Assembly: GCA_963815215.1 (NCBI GenBank)
Contig: CAWFFU010000008.1
Coordinates: forward strand, 32,001-96,000
DNA length: 64,000 nt
Direction of reading: 5' to 3'
DNA from: an uncultured Trueperaceae bacterium
GTDB lineage: Bacteria; Deinococcota; Deinococci; Deinococcales; Trueperaceae
Shown here: positions 31,101 to 39,924 of the stretch, piece after piece
Position numbering within the stretch: the stretch's first letter is position 1
Layout of the letters: the number at the start of each line of letters is the position of its first letter
Translations under genes and position numbers: made by a program
The notes under the pieces: model-generated
The model's input: the letters and a program-made list of their open reading frames with translations, nothing else
Database searches by the model: none
What the model was told of the DNA's origin: nothing

Positions 31101-31522
31101 ACTGCGAGCGCGCCCGTGAGGCACTGGCCGAGGCCGAGCGGCGGGCCGACGCCACCGACGAGAGCTGGTGGGCGGCCGAGATCGCCCGGCTGCAGTCGCG
31201 GCTGGCGCCTACCGAAGCCGCGCGCGACGCGTGCCTGCACACCGCTCTGGTGCGCGCCGAGCGCATGAGCGCCTGGCCGCTGGCGGCCCGAAGCGCATTG
31301 ACGTGGGCGCAAGACCTGCGCGGGCGGGGGCAGACGGTCGACGCGGCACGCGTGCTCGAGCGGGTGCTCGAGCGTGCCCCGGCGCACGCCGCCGGCCGCG
31401 ACCTGGCGCGCGCGGCGCGGTTCCTGCACCACCTGCGGGCCCGAGAGCGAACGCCGCGAACGGTGCGCGAACGCTCCGCCTCCTACCCTTCAGAAGACCC
31501 AGAAGGCAAGGAGGACGGATGA
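28187..31522 (+). CDS. SARP/BTAD transcriptional regulator with AAA ATPase and TPR domains
   Basis: N-terminal wHTH (LLAYL..LFWP), BTAD (LYRGDLL..DDWL), GEAGIGKT, DDLQWAD, FSHDALR. Confidence 0.9.
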   Translation: MTQLRLRIELLGHVRILDGGTPVAALASARRCSLLAYLILHRHVAVRRERLASLFWPDSEEGQARTNLRRELHHLRADLPCADEVLRVDADTLQWVSGDTVEVDVEALETALEAAAAARSGGDPRAESGALERAAVLYRGDLLPASYDDWLEGERQRLRCAVLAGLERLVGLAESSGDTAAALAHAERLLGIDPAAESAYRALMRLHQRDGNRAAAIHAFHRCAGALQRELEVTPSDATRAAYEALLATEGGTDRRAPREARDGAPLVGRDRALATLAEAWVDARAGASGVVVVYGEAGIGKTRLVEEFVRHSHPQQATVARSRAYAAEGTVSYGLAVDWLRTPAVSERVRELPAPWRAEIARLAPELDPEGAQEPDAPDTVPASWQRRRLLEAIARALLAAPGPRLLIADDLQWADADSLDVLRLLTRLDGTAQLLILATARSEELPGRPALERLLLEWRASGRLRDVELGRLSPSETERLARDVAGGRLSAADLARIVRVSEGVPLFVVEALLAGDGDADALPPGEATDTLTALPPRVRAVLSARLQQLSPAAASLAELAATIGRAFRFEVLRQASDRTEEELVRALDELWRRRIVREQAAGAYDFSHDALRDAARQGADPARRRLLHRRVARALEHLQAEGAGPMSGRLAHHFEQGGEPGRAVHAYRQAAREAGAVYAHGEAVRLLDHALELVAAFPPSEERDRRELELHLAKSIPIRSLGGYTAPTLDHAMRRARELSERLGDLGGLNQALRNQQNTRFVSGRLAEALELSERLQALARDVPDRQAEGDHAMAGSLLTAGDVEGALRHFERAEQGYDPATGRQQLSVFGADLGVFTAGWRAHALWLAGFTPAALAASERGVAHADELGHAYSQALAHAYGAALDHMRRDRRGCLAHARTTVEICETCGFAYYVHWGRLLAAWADASLAPGERVTIIEGAIAGLEQEGAAVRRPFYLTVLAQALSRAGDCERAREALAEAERRADATDESWWAAEIARLQSRLAPTEAARDACLHTALVRAERMSAWPLAARSALTWAQDLRGRGQTVDAARVLERVLERAPAHAAGRDLARAARFLHHLRARERTPRTVRERSASYPSEDPEGKEDG
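31449..31489 (+). promoter_or_regulatory. putative SARP-type direct repeats and -10 inside regulator 3' end
   Basis: GAACGCC, GAACGGT, GAACGCT (last two 11 bp apart), then 8 bp, then TACCCT. Confidence 0.55.
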
Positions 31523-32955
31523 CCATGCAGCAGCGTTCACCCGAAACGCAGGCCGGTGCCACCCCGGCCGCGCCACCCCTTCCGAGCGCGTTCGTGGAGG
31601 CACTCCGCGGCGCGGTACGCGGTGCCGTGCTGGCCCCCAGCGACGATGGTTACGAGGAGGCTCGGCAGGTCTACAACGCCATGATCCAGCGCCGTCCCGG
31701 CGTCATCGTGCGCGTCGCGGACACCGCGGACGTGATCACCTGCGTCAACACCGCGCGCGATGGCAAGGTCCCGCTTGCCGTCCGCGGTGGCGGCCACAAC
31801 GCCGCCGGCCTAGGCGTCGCCGACGGCGCACTGGTGGTCGACCTGTCGCACCTGCACGGCATCCGCGTGGATCCCGAAGCCGGCACCGTGCGGGTGGAAG
31901 GCGGCTGCGTCTGGGGCGACGTCGACCACGCCACCCACCCCTTCGGGCTCGCGGTGCCTTGCGGCTTCATCGCCAGCACGGGGGTCGGCGGCCTCACCCT
32001 GGGCGGCGGCAGCGGCTACCTCACGCGCTCCGCCGGCCTCACCATCGACAACCTTCTCAGCGCCGATGTGGTCCTCGCCGACGGACGCCTCGTCACCGCG
32101 AGCGCCGACGACCATCCCGACCTGTTCTGGGCCCTCAAGGGCGGAGGCGGCAACTTCGGCATCGTCACCAGCTTCCTGTTCCGCGCGCACCCCGTCAAGA
32201 ACGTCATCGGCGGACCCACCATGTGGGCCGTGGACAAGGCGGAGGACGCGCTCCGCGGGTTCCAGGATCTCATCGAAACCGCGCCGGAGGAGCTGGGCGG
32301 CTTCTTCGCTTTCACCACCGTCCCGCCCGTGCCCCCCTTCCCCGCGGAGCTCCACGGCCGCACCGTCGCCGCCGTCGTGTGGTGCTACAACGGCACCCAG
32401 GAAGGCTTCGACGACCTCGTCGGACCCTTCGTGGAAGAGGTGGAGCCACTGCTGCACGGCCCCCACGAGCTCCCCTTCCCCGCCCTTCAATCCTTCTTCG
32501 ACCCGCTCTACCCTGCCGGCCTGCAGTGGTACTGGCGCGCCGACTTCCTGCCGGCGCTCTCGGACGAAGCGATCGCCGAGCACGCCCGCTTAGGCGGCAC
32601 CCTTCCCACCCCGCAGTCCACCATGCACCTGTACCCCTTGAACGGCGCAGCGGCACGGGTGAGCGCCGACGCAACCGCCTACCGCCACCGCGACGCGCTG
32701 TGGTCGCAGGTCATCGTCGGCGTCGACCCAGACCCCGGAATGGCCGGCGCGCTGCGCGACTGGGCGGTCGGCTACTACGATGCCCTGCACCCGTACTCCA
32801 CCGGCGCGGCCTACGTGAACTTCATGATGGATGAAGGCCACGACCGCATCCAGGCCAGCTACGGCGTGAACTACGAGCGCCTGACCAGGGTCAAGCGCCG
32901 CTACGACCCGGACAACCTGTTCCAGGTGAACCAGAACATCCCGCCAGCCGCGTGA
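31519..32955 (+). CDS. FAD-linked oxidase (berberine-bridge/VAO family)
   Basis: VRGGGHN, GLTLGGG, LFWALKGGGGNFG, AYVNF, YDPDNLF. Confidence 0.93.
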   Translation: MTMQQRSPETQAGATPAAPPLPSAFVEALRGAVRGAVLAPSDDGYEEARQVYNAMIQRRPGVIVRVADTADVITCVNTARDGKVPLAVRGGGHNAAGLGVADGALVVDLSHLHGIRVDPEAGTVRVEGGCVWGDVDHATHPFGLAVPCGFIASTGVGGLTLGGGSGYLTRSAGLTIDNLLSADVVLADGRLVTASADDHPDLFWALKGGGGNFGIVTSFLFRAHPVKNVIGGPTMWAVDKAEDALRGFQDLIETAPEELGGFFAFTTVPPVPPFPAELHGRTVAAVVWCYNGTQEGFDDLVGPFVEEVEPLLHGPHELPFPALQSFFDPLYPAGLQWYWRADFLPALSDEAIAEHARLGGTLPTPQSTMHLYPLNGAAARVSADATAYRHRDALWSQVIVGVDPDPGMAGALRDWAVGYYDALHPYSTGAAYVNFMMDEGHDRIQASYGVNYERLTRVKRRYDPDNLFQVNQNIPPAA

Positions 32956-33012
32956 GTCGCGGGCACCGTAGGGCCGGCGGCAGCGACGCCCCCGCCCGTC
33001 CGGACCACGGAA

Positions 33013-33041
33013 AGGGGCCCGCCGAGCGTCGGCGGGCCCCT
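33013..33041. terminator. hairpin between convergent genes
   Basis: AGGGGCCCGCCGA-GCG-TCGGCGGGCCCCT perfect 13-bp stem. Confidence 0.7.
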
Positions 33042-33090
33042 CCTACGCCCGGAGGCAGGGGCGTCACGAACTACGTCAGGCGAGCTGACG

Positions 33091-33702
33091 TCAGGAGAAC
33101 TCGTGCCCGAGGTTCTGCATCACCGCGAGCGCGAAGGCCATCACCCGGCGCGTGTCCGGGTCGTTGGCGGAGCGCAGGGCTCCGAAGATGCCGCCGACCG
33201 GCGGTACCTTCACGTCGGGGTACTGCGCCTGTCCGGCCTTGAGGGCGCGGGCGGCGCGCTGCAGCGCATCCAGCACGAAGGGATCGAGGATGAGTTCGCC
33301 GAGGATACCGACCTTGCCCACCAGCCCGGCGACCATCTCGTCGGTCATGCCGGCCTGGACCAGGTTGAGCGCACCCGTGAGGCCGCGCAGCCCTTCCAGC
33401 GTGTTGGGGTCGGTGACCTGCCTGAGCGTGGCCAGCACCTCGGGGCTCTTGATCCGCTCGAGCAGCTCGAGCACGCCGGGATCCAGGATGACCTCGGCCA
33501 GGGTGGCGATCTTCGACACCAGACCCTTGAGCATGTCGTCGGTCATGCCCGACAGCATCAGGGAGAGGGGGCCGCTGAGCTCGCCGATGGGGCCGGCCTC
33601 GAACGCGTCGAGGCGCCGCTCGATCCCCTCCATCTTGCCGAGGATCAGGTCGAGCTTCTGCGACAGGTCGGCATCGGTGGGAAGGGTGCTTTCGTTCGCC
33701 AT
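33091..33702 (-). CDS. DUF1641-like protein
   Basis: internal repeat MTDDM/MTDEM, C-terminal GGIFGALRSANDPDTRR; typical partner of SQR-like genes. Confidence 0.7.
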   Translation of the reverse strand: MANESTLPTDADLSQKLDLILGKMEGIERRLDAFEAGPIGELSGPLSLMLSGMTDDMLKGLVSKIATLAEVILDPGVLELLERIKSPEVLATLRQVTDPNTLEGLRGLTGALNLVQAGMTDEMVAGLVGKVGILGELILDPFVLDALQRAARALKAGQAQYPDVKVPPVGGIFGALRSANDPDTRRVMAFALAVMQNLGHEFS

Positions 33703-33713
33703 GGTCGCCTCCT

Positions 33714-34853
33714 CTACAGAGCGCCCTTGGCGGTGAGCCAGTAGGCGTTGTTGTAGGCGAGCTTGGCCCAGTGGATCATCTTGGTCGGGGGCTGCACCAC
33801 GGGAGGCCGGACGTAGTTGAACTCGATGAAGGTCGCGCTGTCCAGGCCCGCCTCGATGAAGCAGATGGTCTTGCCGTCGTAGCGGGCGACGGGTCCCGAG
33901 CCGTGTACGCGGGCCGCGACATTCTTGGCCAGCGTGGCGGACTGGTAGTGGGCCACCGAGCCGGCCTTCGAGACCGGCAGGCCGGTAGTGTCGCCCAGCG
34001 CCCAGATCCCCTCCTGGCCCTTGACGGCGAGGGTGTCGCGGTCGGTAGGCACCCAACCCGCCTCCGTCAGCCCGGATTCCTCCAGGAACGCGGCGCTGCG
34101 GTGCTCGGGGATGGCGATGAGGATGTCGAACGGCAGCTCGGTGCCCTCCATGCTCTGCAGCACCTTGGCCTCGGGATCGACCGACTCGGCGTTGAAGAAC
34201 GTCTCGATCTGCACGTTGCGCTTCTGAAGCTCGGGCGTCGCCCACTCGGCCAGCGAGGCGATGGAGTGGGTGCGGTTGATCGGGTAGGTGTAGGCCAGCT
34301 CGACCTTGTCGCGCCGTCCACGGCGCTCGAGCCACTGGTCGAGCATGAAGGTGACCTCCAGCGGGGCGACCGGGCACATGTGCGGGATACCGATCACCGA
34401 CACCACGATGCGGCCCTGCTCGAGCGCCTCGAGCTTGTCGTGCAGGCGTTGTGCGCCCGCCTGGTCGTAGAACCAGTCGCCGGCCTCGGCAAGGCCCGGC
34501 GTGGAGCCCGGGTCGAGCCGCGTTCCCGTGGCGATGACGAGCTGATCGAAGGGGTGACTACCGCCGCCTTCGACCATCACCTGGCGCTGCGCGGTGTCGA
34601 CCTTGGTGACGCGCTTGATCACGACATCGACGTACGGGCTGACGAGCCCGCGGACCGGCCGCCGGATGTGCTCCGGGGACTCCAGCCCGAAGGCTATGTA
34701 GAGGAAGCCGGGCTTGTAGACCTGGTCCGGTTGGTCGGTGATGAGCTCGATCTGGACTTCGCCGCTGCGGAGCTCGTCTCCGAGTTGCTCGGCGAGGTGG
34801 TTCGCCGTGATGGTGCCGCCGGGCCCCCCTCCGATGATGACGATCCGATGCAT
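33714..34853 (-). CDS. sulfide:quinone oxidoreductase-like FAD protein
   Basis: IIGGGPGG, HMCPVAPLE, LGDTT, SKAGSVAH, YDGKTICF. Confidence 0.85.
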   Translation of the reverse strand: MHRIVIIGGGPGGTITANHLAEQLGDELRSGEVQIELITDQPDQVYKPGFLYIAFGLESPEHIRRPVRGLVSPYVDVVIKRVTKVDTAQRQVMVEGGGSHPFDQLVIATGTRLDPGSTPGLAEAGDWFYDQAGAQRLHDKLEALEQGRIVVSVIGIPHMCPVAPLEVTFMLDQWLERRGRRDKVELAYTYPINRTHSIASLAEWATPELQKRNVQIETFFNAESVDPEAKVLQSMEGTELPFDILIAIPEHRSAAFLEESGLTEAGWVPTDRDTLAVKGQEGIWALGDTTGLPVSKAGSVAHYQSATLAKNVAARVHGSGPVARYDGKTICFIEAGLDSATFIEFNYVRPPVVQPPTKMIHWAKLAYNNAYWLTAKGAL

Positions 34854-34932
34854 GGTTGCCTCTCGGGATCGTCCCGGATCGGGGCGCCGGTTGCGGCGAC
34901 CGGGTCCGGGACGATCAGGCGCTAATGCAGCG

Positions 34933-35172
34933 CTACTTGGTCTTGCGAACGACGAAGCGGTGGTACTCGCCGTGGTCTTCGTTGGACAGCAGTTCGTAGC
35001 CGATCTTCTCGACCCACTCCGGGATGTCCTTGTTGGAGCCGGGGTCGGAAGACAGCACCGCGACGGACTCGCCGACGGTGGATGCCTTGATGCCGCGGAT
35101 AAGCTCCATCAGCGGGCCGGGGCAAGCGCTTCCGCGCGCGTCGATCTCCTGCTTGACGTTGGTGTCAGCCAT
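34933..35172 (-). CDS. tusA: sulfur carrier TusA family protein
   Basis: IDARGSACPGP motif, DPGSNKDIPEW. Confidence 0.9.
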   Translation of the reverse strand: MADTNVKQEIDARGSACPGPLMELIRGIKASTVGESVAVLSSDPGSNKDIPEWVEKIGYELLSNEDHGEYHRFVVRKTK

Positions 35173-35208
35173 GGTTGGATCTCCTTCCTCGTGGTCGAAC
35201 CCGTGGGC

Positions 35209-35628
35209 TCAGAAGACCAGGACCTCGGCATCGTCACACATGGAGATGAATCCGGCGACACCCTTCTCGCCGTCGACGATGTCCTCCAGGTCCTCCATCT
35301 TCATTCCGAACATGTCCTGCGTCATGCTGCAGGAGTAGACCTTGATGTCGCCGATCTCCTTGGCGGTCTTCAGGGTCTGCATCCAGGGGTTGATGCCCAT
35401 GCTCTGCATACGCTCCTGCATCATGGCTCCGAACTCCTGGTACTCGGCCGGCAACTTCTGCTGCGAGGGATCCTGCCAAGCACCCTTCTTGAACGCCATC
35501 AGGCCCCAGAAGGTCACGAACAGGGTGACCTCCTTACCCATGGCGACGGCGCCGGACACGATCGTGGACATGGCCAGAAGCTTGTCGACCGTGCCGCTCA
35601 TGACGATGATGTTGAGCTTGTCCTTCAT
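35209..35628 (-). CDS. DsrE2/DsrE-like sulfur relay protein
   Basis: SGTVDK, VTLFVTFWGL, YSCSMT, GVAGF. Confidence 0.88.
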   Translation of the reverse strand: MKDKLNIIVMSGTVDKLLAMSTIVSGAVAMGKEVTLFVTFWGLMAFKKGAWQDPSQQKLPAEYQEFGAMMQERMQSMGINPWMQTLKTAKEIGDIKVYSCSMTQDMFGMKMEDLEDIVDGEKGVAGFISMCDDAEVLVF

Positions 35629-35710
35629 GGTTCCTCGCCTCCACCCGCCCCCGTCGCTGTCATCGGCAGGCGGGACGTTTCCTTCGCGCCTGACAATATC
35701 CCTAGGGGGT

Positions 35711-35728
35711 TTGTGAACCAATGGACAA
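35711..35728. promoter_or_regulatory. Rex-like operator upstream of dsrE2-tusA-sqr
   Basis: TTGTGAA-CCAA-TGGACAA; left half-site perfect. Confidence 0.55.
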
Positions 35729-35786
35729 ATGCCCTGACGGTAGTCAGGGCCCGTTCACCAGCTCGCCATCGCGTACACTCGACGGC

Positions 35787-36830
35787 ATGATTCCCGTGTT
35801 CGACGGCCACAACGACACGCTGTTGATGCATCTCGAGCGTCCCGACCGCGACTTCTTCGAACGGCACGACGACGGCCACATCGACGAGCCACGCGCCAGG
35901 GAGGGCGGCTTCGCAGGGGGCTTCTTCGCCATGTTCCCGCCGACCCTACCCGGCAGCGAGCCCTTCATGAACCGCCGCGAGACCGACAGCGGCGGCTTCG
36001 TCACGCCGCCTGCGCCGCCCGTGGACGAGCTCCACGCCGTGCACTCCGAGAACCGCATGCTGAGCATCCTCTACCGGCTGGCCGCGACCGGCCGGGTACG
36101 CCTGGTGACCACGGCGGACGAGCTGCAGCGCAGTATCGACGAGGGCGTGCTGGCCGCCATCGCGCACTTCGAAGGCGCCGAGGCCATCGACAGCGAGCTG
36201 GCCGCGCTCGACGTCTACTACCGCGCCGGCCTGCGCTCGTTGGGGATCGTCTGGAGCCGCGCCAACGCCTTCGGACACGGCGTGCCCTTCAGCTTCCCCA
36301 GCAGCCCCGACACGGGGCCCGGCCTCACCGCGCTGGGACGCCGGCTGGTCACGCGCTGCAACGAGCTCGGCATCATGATCGACCTGTCGCACATCACCGA
36401 GCGCGGCTTCTGGGACGTCGCCGAGCTCAGCCGGGCGCCCCTGGTGGCGACGCACTCCAACGCCCACGCCGTGTGCCCGAGTCCCCGCAACCTCACCGAC
36501 GAGCAACTCGAGGCGGTACGCGCCTCGGACGGCATGGTCGGGCTCAACTTCGCGGTCGGGTTCCTCGACCCCTCGGGCGGTCACGACACCGACACCAGCC
36601 TCGACGTGATGGTGCGGCATATCGACCATCTGGTGGACAAGCTCGGCATCACGCGTGTGGGGCTCGGCTCCGACTTCGACGGCGCCCGCATCCCCGCCGC
36701 CATCGGTGATGTGGCGGGCGTCCAACGCCTGCTCGAAGCGCTCTCGGAGCACGGCTACGACGAGGACGCCCTGCTCAAGATCGCCCACCAGAACTGGGTC
36801 CGTGTGCTACGTAGCAGCTGGAAGGCCTGA
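35787..36830 (+). CDS. membrane dipeptidase (M19)
   Basis: FDGHND, HFEGAE, IDLSH, ATHSN, GSDFDG; TACACT -10 sits 7 nt before ATG. Confidence 0.93.
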   Translation: MIPVFDGHNDTLLMHLERPDRDFFERHDDGHIDEPRAREGGFAGGFFAMFPPTLPGSEPFMNRRETDSGGFVTPPAPPVDELHAVHSENRMLSILYRLAATGRVRLVTTADELQRSIDEGVLAAIAHFEGAEAIDSELAALDVYYRAGLRSLGIVWSRANAFGHGVPFSFPSSPDTGPGLTALGRRLVTRCNELGIMIDLSHITERGFWDVAELSRAPLVATHSNAHAVCPSPRNLTDEQLEAVRASDGMVGLNFAVGFLDPSGGHDTDTSLDVMVRHIDHLVDKLGITRVGLGSDFDGARIPAAIGDVAGVQRLLEALSEHGYDEDALLKIAHQNWVRVLRSSWKA

Positions 36831-36882
36831 CGCAGCCACCGTGACAACGACGGCGTGATGCGGAAGGCATGACGGGGGCGAC

Positions 36883-37347
36883 ATGACCCTGGGAGCCGCC
36901 CGGGCGTTGGCGACGGCGCTGATGGAACGGCACGGGCTGGAGGGCTGGAGCTTCACCTTCGACCGGGCGCGCAAGCGGCTCGGTTCGTGCCGGCCTTCGT
37001 CGCGGCGCATCACCCTGTCGGCGGCCTTGACCCGCCTCAACGACGAGGCCGTGGTGCGCGACACGATCCTCCATGAGATCGCTCACGCACTGACGCCCGG
37101 CGACGGCCACGGTGCGCGCTGGCGCGCCGCCTGCCGGCGGCTCGGCGCCAGGCCCGAGCGGCTGGTGCCGGCGAGCGACGTCGTGCTGCCGGAGGCGCCC
37201 CACGCCCTGGTCTGCGATCACTGCGGCAGCCGCTACCCGCGCTTCCGCCGCTCCCGGCTGCGCTACGCCTGCGGCCGCTGCCGGGCGGAGGCCGGCATCG
37301 AGGTTCCGTTGCGCTGGGTGAGCGGCCGCAGCTCCGAACGGAGCTAG
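36883..37347 (+). CDS. SprT-like metalloprotease
   Basis: ILHEIAHAL, HGARW, two C-terminal CxxC motifs. Confidence 0.88.
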   Translation: MTLGAARALATALMERHGLEGWSFTFDRARKRLGSCRPSSRRITLSAALTRLNDEAVVRDTILHEIAHALTPGDGHGARWRAACRRLGARPERLVPASDVVLPEAPHALVCDHCGSRYPRFRRSRLRYACGRCRAEAGIEVPLRWVSGRSSERS

Positions 37348-39797
37348 CCGAGCTTCACGGTCGACAGCGTGGCGAGGCGCGCCGGAACCTCGTCCGCCGG
37401 CATGGGCGCGGCCAGGTAGAAGCCCTGCACGGCATCGCACCCCACCCGCTCGAGGGCCCGGAGCTGCTCCGGCGTCTCCACCCCTTCGGCGACGACGCTG
37501 GCGCCCAGGCTGCGCCCCAGCGACACCACCGCGGCCAGGATGCCCTCGTCGGCGGCCGACGCCGCCGTACCCAGCCGACGGACGAAGCTGCGGTCGAGCT
37601 TGATGGCGTCGAACGGCAGGTCCCGTAGATAGGCCAGCGAGGCATAGCCGGTACCGAAGTCGTCGAGCGTCACACGCGCGCCCAACGCACGCAACTCTTC
37701 GAGCACCTCGGCGCCGCGGCGCGCGTCGAGCATGGCGGCGGTCTCGGTGATCTCGAACTCGACGCGTTGGGGCGGCACTCCGCACGAGCGGAGCACGTCG
37801 CGGATCCCGTCCACCAGCGCGGTGGAGCGGAGCTGCACGGGCGACAGGTTGACCGCCACCCGCTCCACGTCGAGCCCCTGGTCGATCCAGCTGCGGAGCT
37901 GCCCGCAGGCCTGCCGCAACACCTGCAGACCCAACTCACGGATCATGCCGGTCTCCTCGGCCAACGGGATGAAGGCGTCCGGCAACAGCAGCCCCCGCAC
38001 CGGATGGCGCCAGCGCACCAGCGCCTCCACCCCGACCGCGCGGCCCGTGGTGAGCCCCACCATCGGCTGGTAGTAGAGCACCAGCTGGTCCGTGCCCAGC
38101 GCCGCGCGCAGCTCGCCCTCCAGCGCGAAGCGTTCGCGAGCGAGCACGTCCATCGCCGGCGTGAAGTAGGCGAAGGCGGCGCCGCCACGGGTGCGGGCGC
38201 GCGCCAGCGCCAGCGAGGCCTTCTTGAGCAGGTCGGCGGGGTGCTCGGCGTGGTCGGGGAACACGGCGATGCCCAGACGGGGACGCAGCGACGTCGCCCG
38301 CCCCGCCACTTCGACCGGCTCCTCCAGCGCGCCCAGCATGCCCGCCGCGACCTCGACCGCGTCGACCGCCTGCGACAACGGGCCGGTCACTACCGCGAAC
38401 TCATCGCGCGTCAGGCGGGCCACCGCACCCGCATCGCCCAGCGCCACGCTCACGCGCCGGGCGGCGAGGCGCAGCAGCTCGTCGCCGGCCTCGGCCCCGA
38501 GGCTGTCCTTGAGGAGCTGGTACCCCTGCAGATCGAGCACCAGCACCGCCGAGCGGCGGCCGTCGGCGCGTCGCTCGGCCAACGTGGCGACCAGCCGGTC
38601 CTCGAAGCCGACACGGTTGAGCAGGTCGGTGAGCGCGTCGTGGCTGCCGAGGTACTCGAGCTGGGCGGTCATCGCACGCCGCTCGGTGATGTCCTCGGCC
38701 ACCTTCAGGTACTGGCGCACGCGGCCGCTCTCGTCGGTGACGGCCGTGATCTGAGCCCGCTCCCAGCTGCGGCCGCCCCCCTTGGTGAGGTTCACCAGCT
38801 CACCCCGCCACACGCCGTCCCGCCGAACGGCCTCGGCGATGTCGCCGAGCCGGGGGTTGTCGGCGCCGGGCGCGGAGAGGTCCGCCACCGTGCGGCCCAC
38901 CGCCTCCTCCTTGGAGAAGCCCGTGACCTCGCTGAAGCGGCGGTTGGCGTAGCGGATGCGGCCTTCGGCATCGGTCAGCAGGACGCTGCTCGAACCCTGC
39001 TCGACCGCCTGTCGAAGCTCGCGTAGCTCGTCGACCTGGAGCTTCTCCTGCGTCACGTCCCGAACCTGGACCTTGAGGAACGTCTCGCCGCCGATATCGA
39101 GGCGCAGCAGGTGCACCTCGCAGGTGAACGGCGTTCCGTCGGGCCGCACGTGGACCCACCCGAAATGCTGCTCCTCGCCCGCCATGGCCGCGCCCATGCG
39201 GGCCTCGGCAGCGGCGCGCGACTCCTGCCCATCCGGCTGGTAGGGGGGTGACAGCTCGTGGGGTTGGCGCCCCAGGAAGCGTTCGCGCGGCAGGCCGAAC
39301 ACCGCGGCGGTACGGCTGTTGCACTCCACGAAACGGCCCTTCTGGATCAGGCCGATGGCGTCGTAGGCGTTCTCGAACAGGACCCGGAACTTCTCTTCGG
39401 CACGGAGCAGGCTGGAGAAGGCGCCACGGTCGCCGCTCACGTCGGCCACCAGCACCAGCCTCGCCGGCGCGCCGCGGTAACGCAGCGCGAACACGCTCAC
39501 CACCGCGTCGAACACGGTGCCGTCCTTACGCCGGTGGCGGAAGGTATCCGCCAGCACGTAGGGAGGCTCGCGGCCGGCGCGGGCGGTGAGCATGCGCTCG
39601 ACCTCCTCGGCCGGACGGATGTCGAGCAGGGTCAACGAGGTGAACTCGTCTTCAGGGTAGCCGTAGTGGGTCACAGCCGCCGCGTTGACGGCAAGGACCC
39701 GGAGGGTATCCGGCTCGTAGACGATCATCGGTTGTGGGTGCGAGCGGAAGAACGCGGTGGCGCCGCTGCCCTTCTCAGCTCCTGCCCAATCGACCAT
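37344..39797 (-). CDS. PAS x3 / degenerate GGDEF / EAL c-di-GMP phosphodiesterase
   Basis: three PAS repeats, HDALTDL..TRDEF, EALVRW, DDFGTGY, KLDRSF; start approximate. Confidence 0.9.
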   Translation of the reverse strand: MVDWAGAEKGSGATAFFRSHPQPMIVYEPDTLRVLAVNAAAVTHYGYPEDEFTSLTLLDIRPAEEVERMLTARAGREPPYVLADTFRHRRKDGTVFDAVVSVFALRYRGAPARLVLVADVSGDRGAFSSLLRAEEKFRVLFENAYDAIGLIQKGRFVECNSRTAAVFGLPRERFLGRQPHELSPPYQPDGQESRAAAEARMGAAMAGEEQHFGWVHVRPDGTPFTCEVHLLRLDIGGETFLKVQVRDVTQEKLQVDELRELRQAVEQGSSSVLLTDAEGRIRYANRRFSEVTGFSKEEAVGRTVADLSAPGADNPRLGDIAEAVRRDGVWRGELVNLTKGGGRSWERAQITAVTDESGRVRQYLKVAEDITERRAMTAQLEYLGSHDALTDLLNRVGFEDRLVATLAERRADGRRSAVLVLDLQGYQLLKDSLGAEAGDELLRLAARRVSVALGDAGAVARLTRDEFAVVTGPLSQAVDAVEVAAGMLGALEEPVEVAGRATSLRPRLGIAVFPDHAEHPADLLKKASLALARARTRGGAAFAYFTPAMDVLARERFALEGELRAALGTDQLVLYYQPMVGLTTGRAVGVEALVRWRHPVRGLLLPDAFIPLAEETGMIRELGLQVLRQACGQLRSWIDQGLDVERVAVNLSPVQLRSTALVDGIRDVLRSCGVPPQRVEFEITETAAMLDARRGAEVLEELRALGARVTLDDFGTGYASLAYLRDLPFDAIKLDRSFVRRLGTAASAADEGILAAVVSLGRSLGASVVAEGVETPEQLRALERVGCDAVQGFYLAAPMPADEVPARLATLSTVKLG

Positions 39798-39924
39798 GCC
39801 ACGCCGCCTCGCTCGCGCCTTCGCGTCTCGACACCGCATCGGCTCCCCCGGACCACGGCGATCCTTGCGCGCAGCTTTTCCGGGCGATTCTATCCGACAG
39901 GATGGGCGCGGCCCTGGGCGGCGC

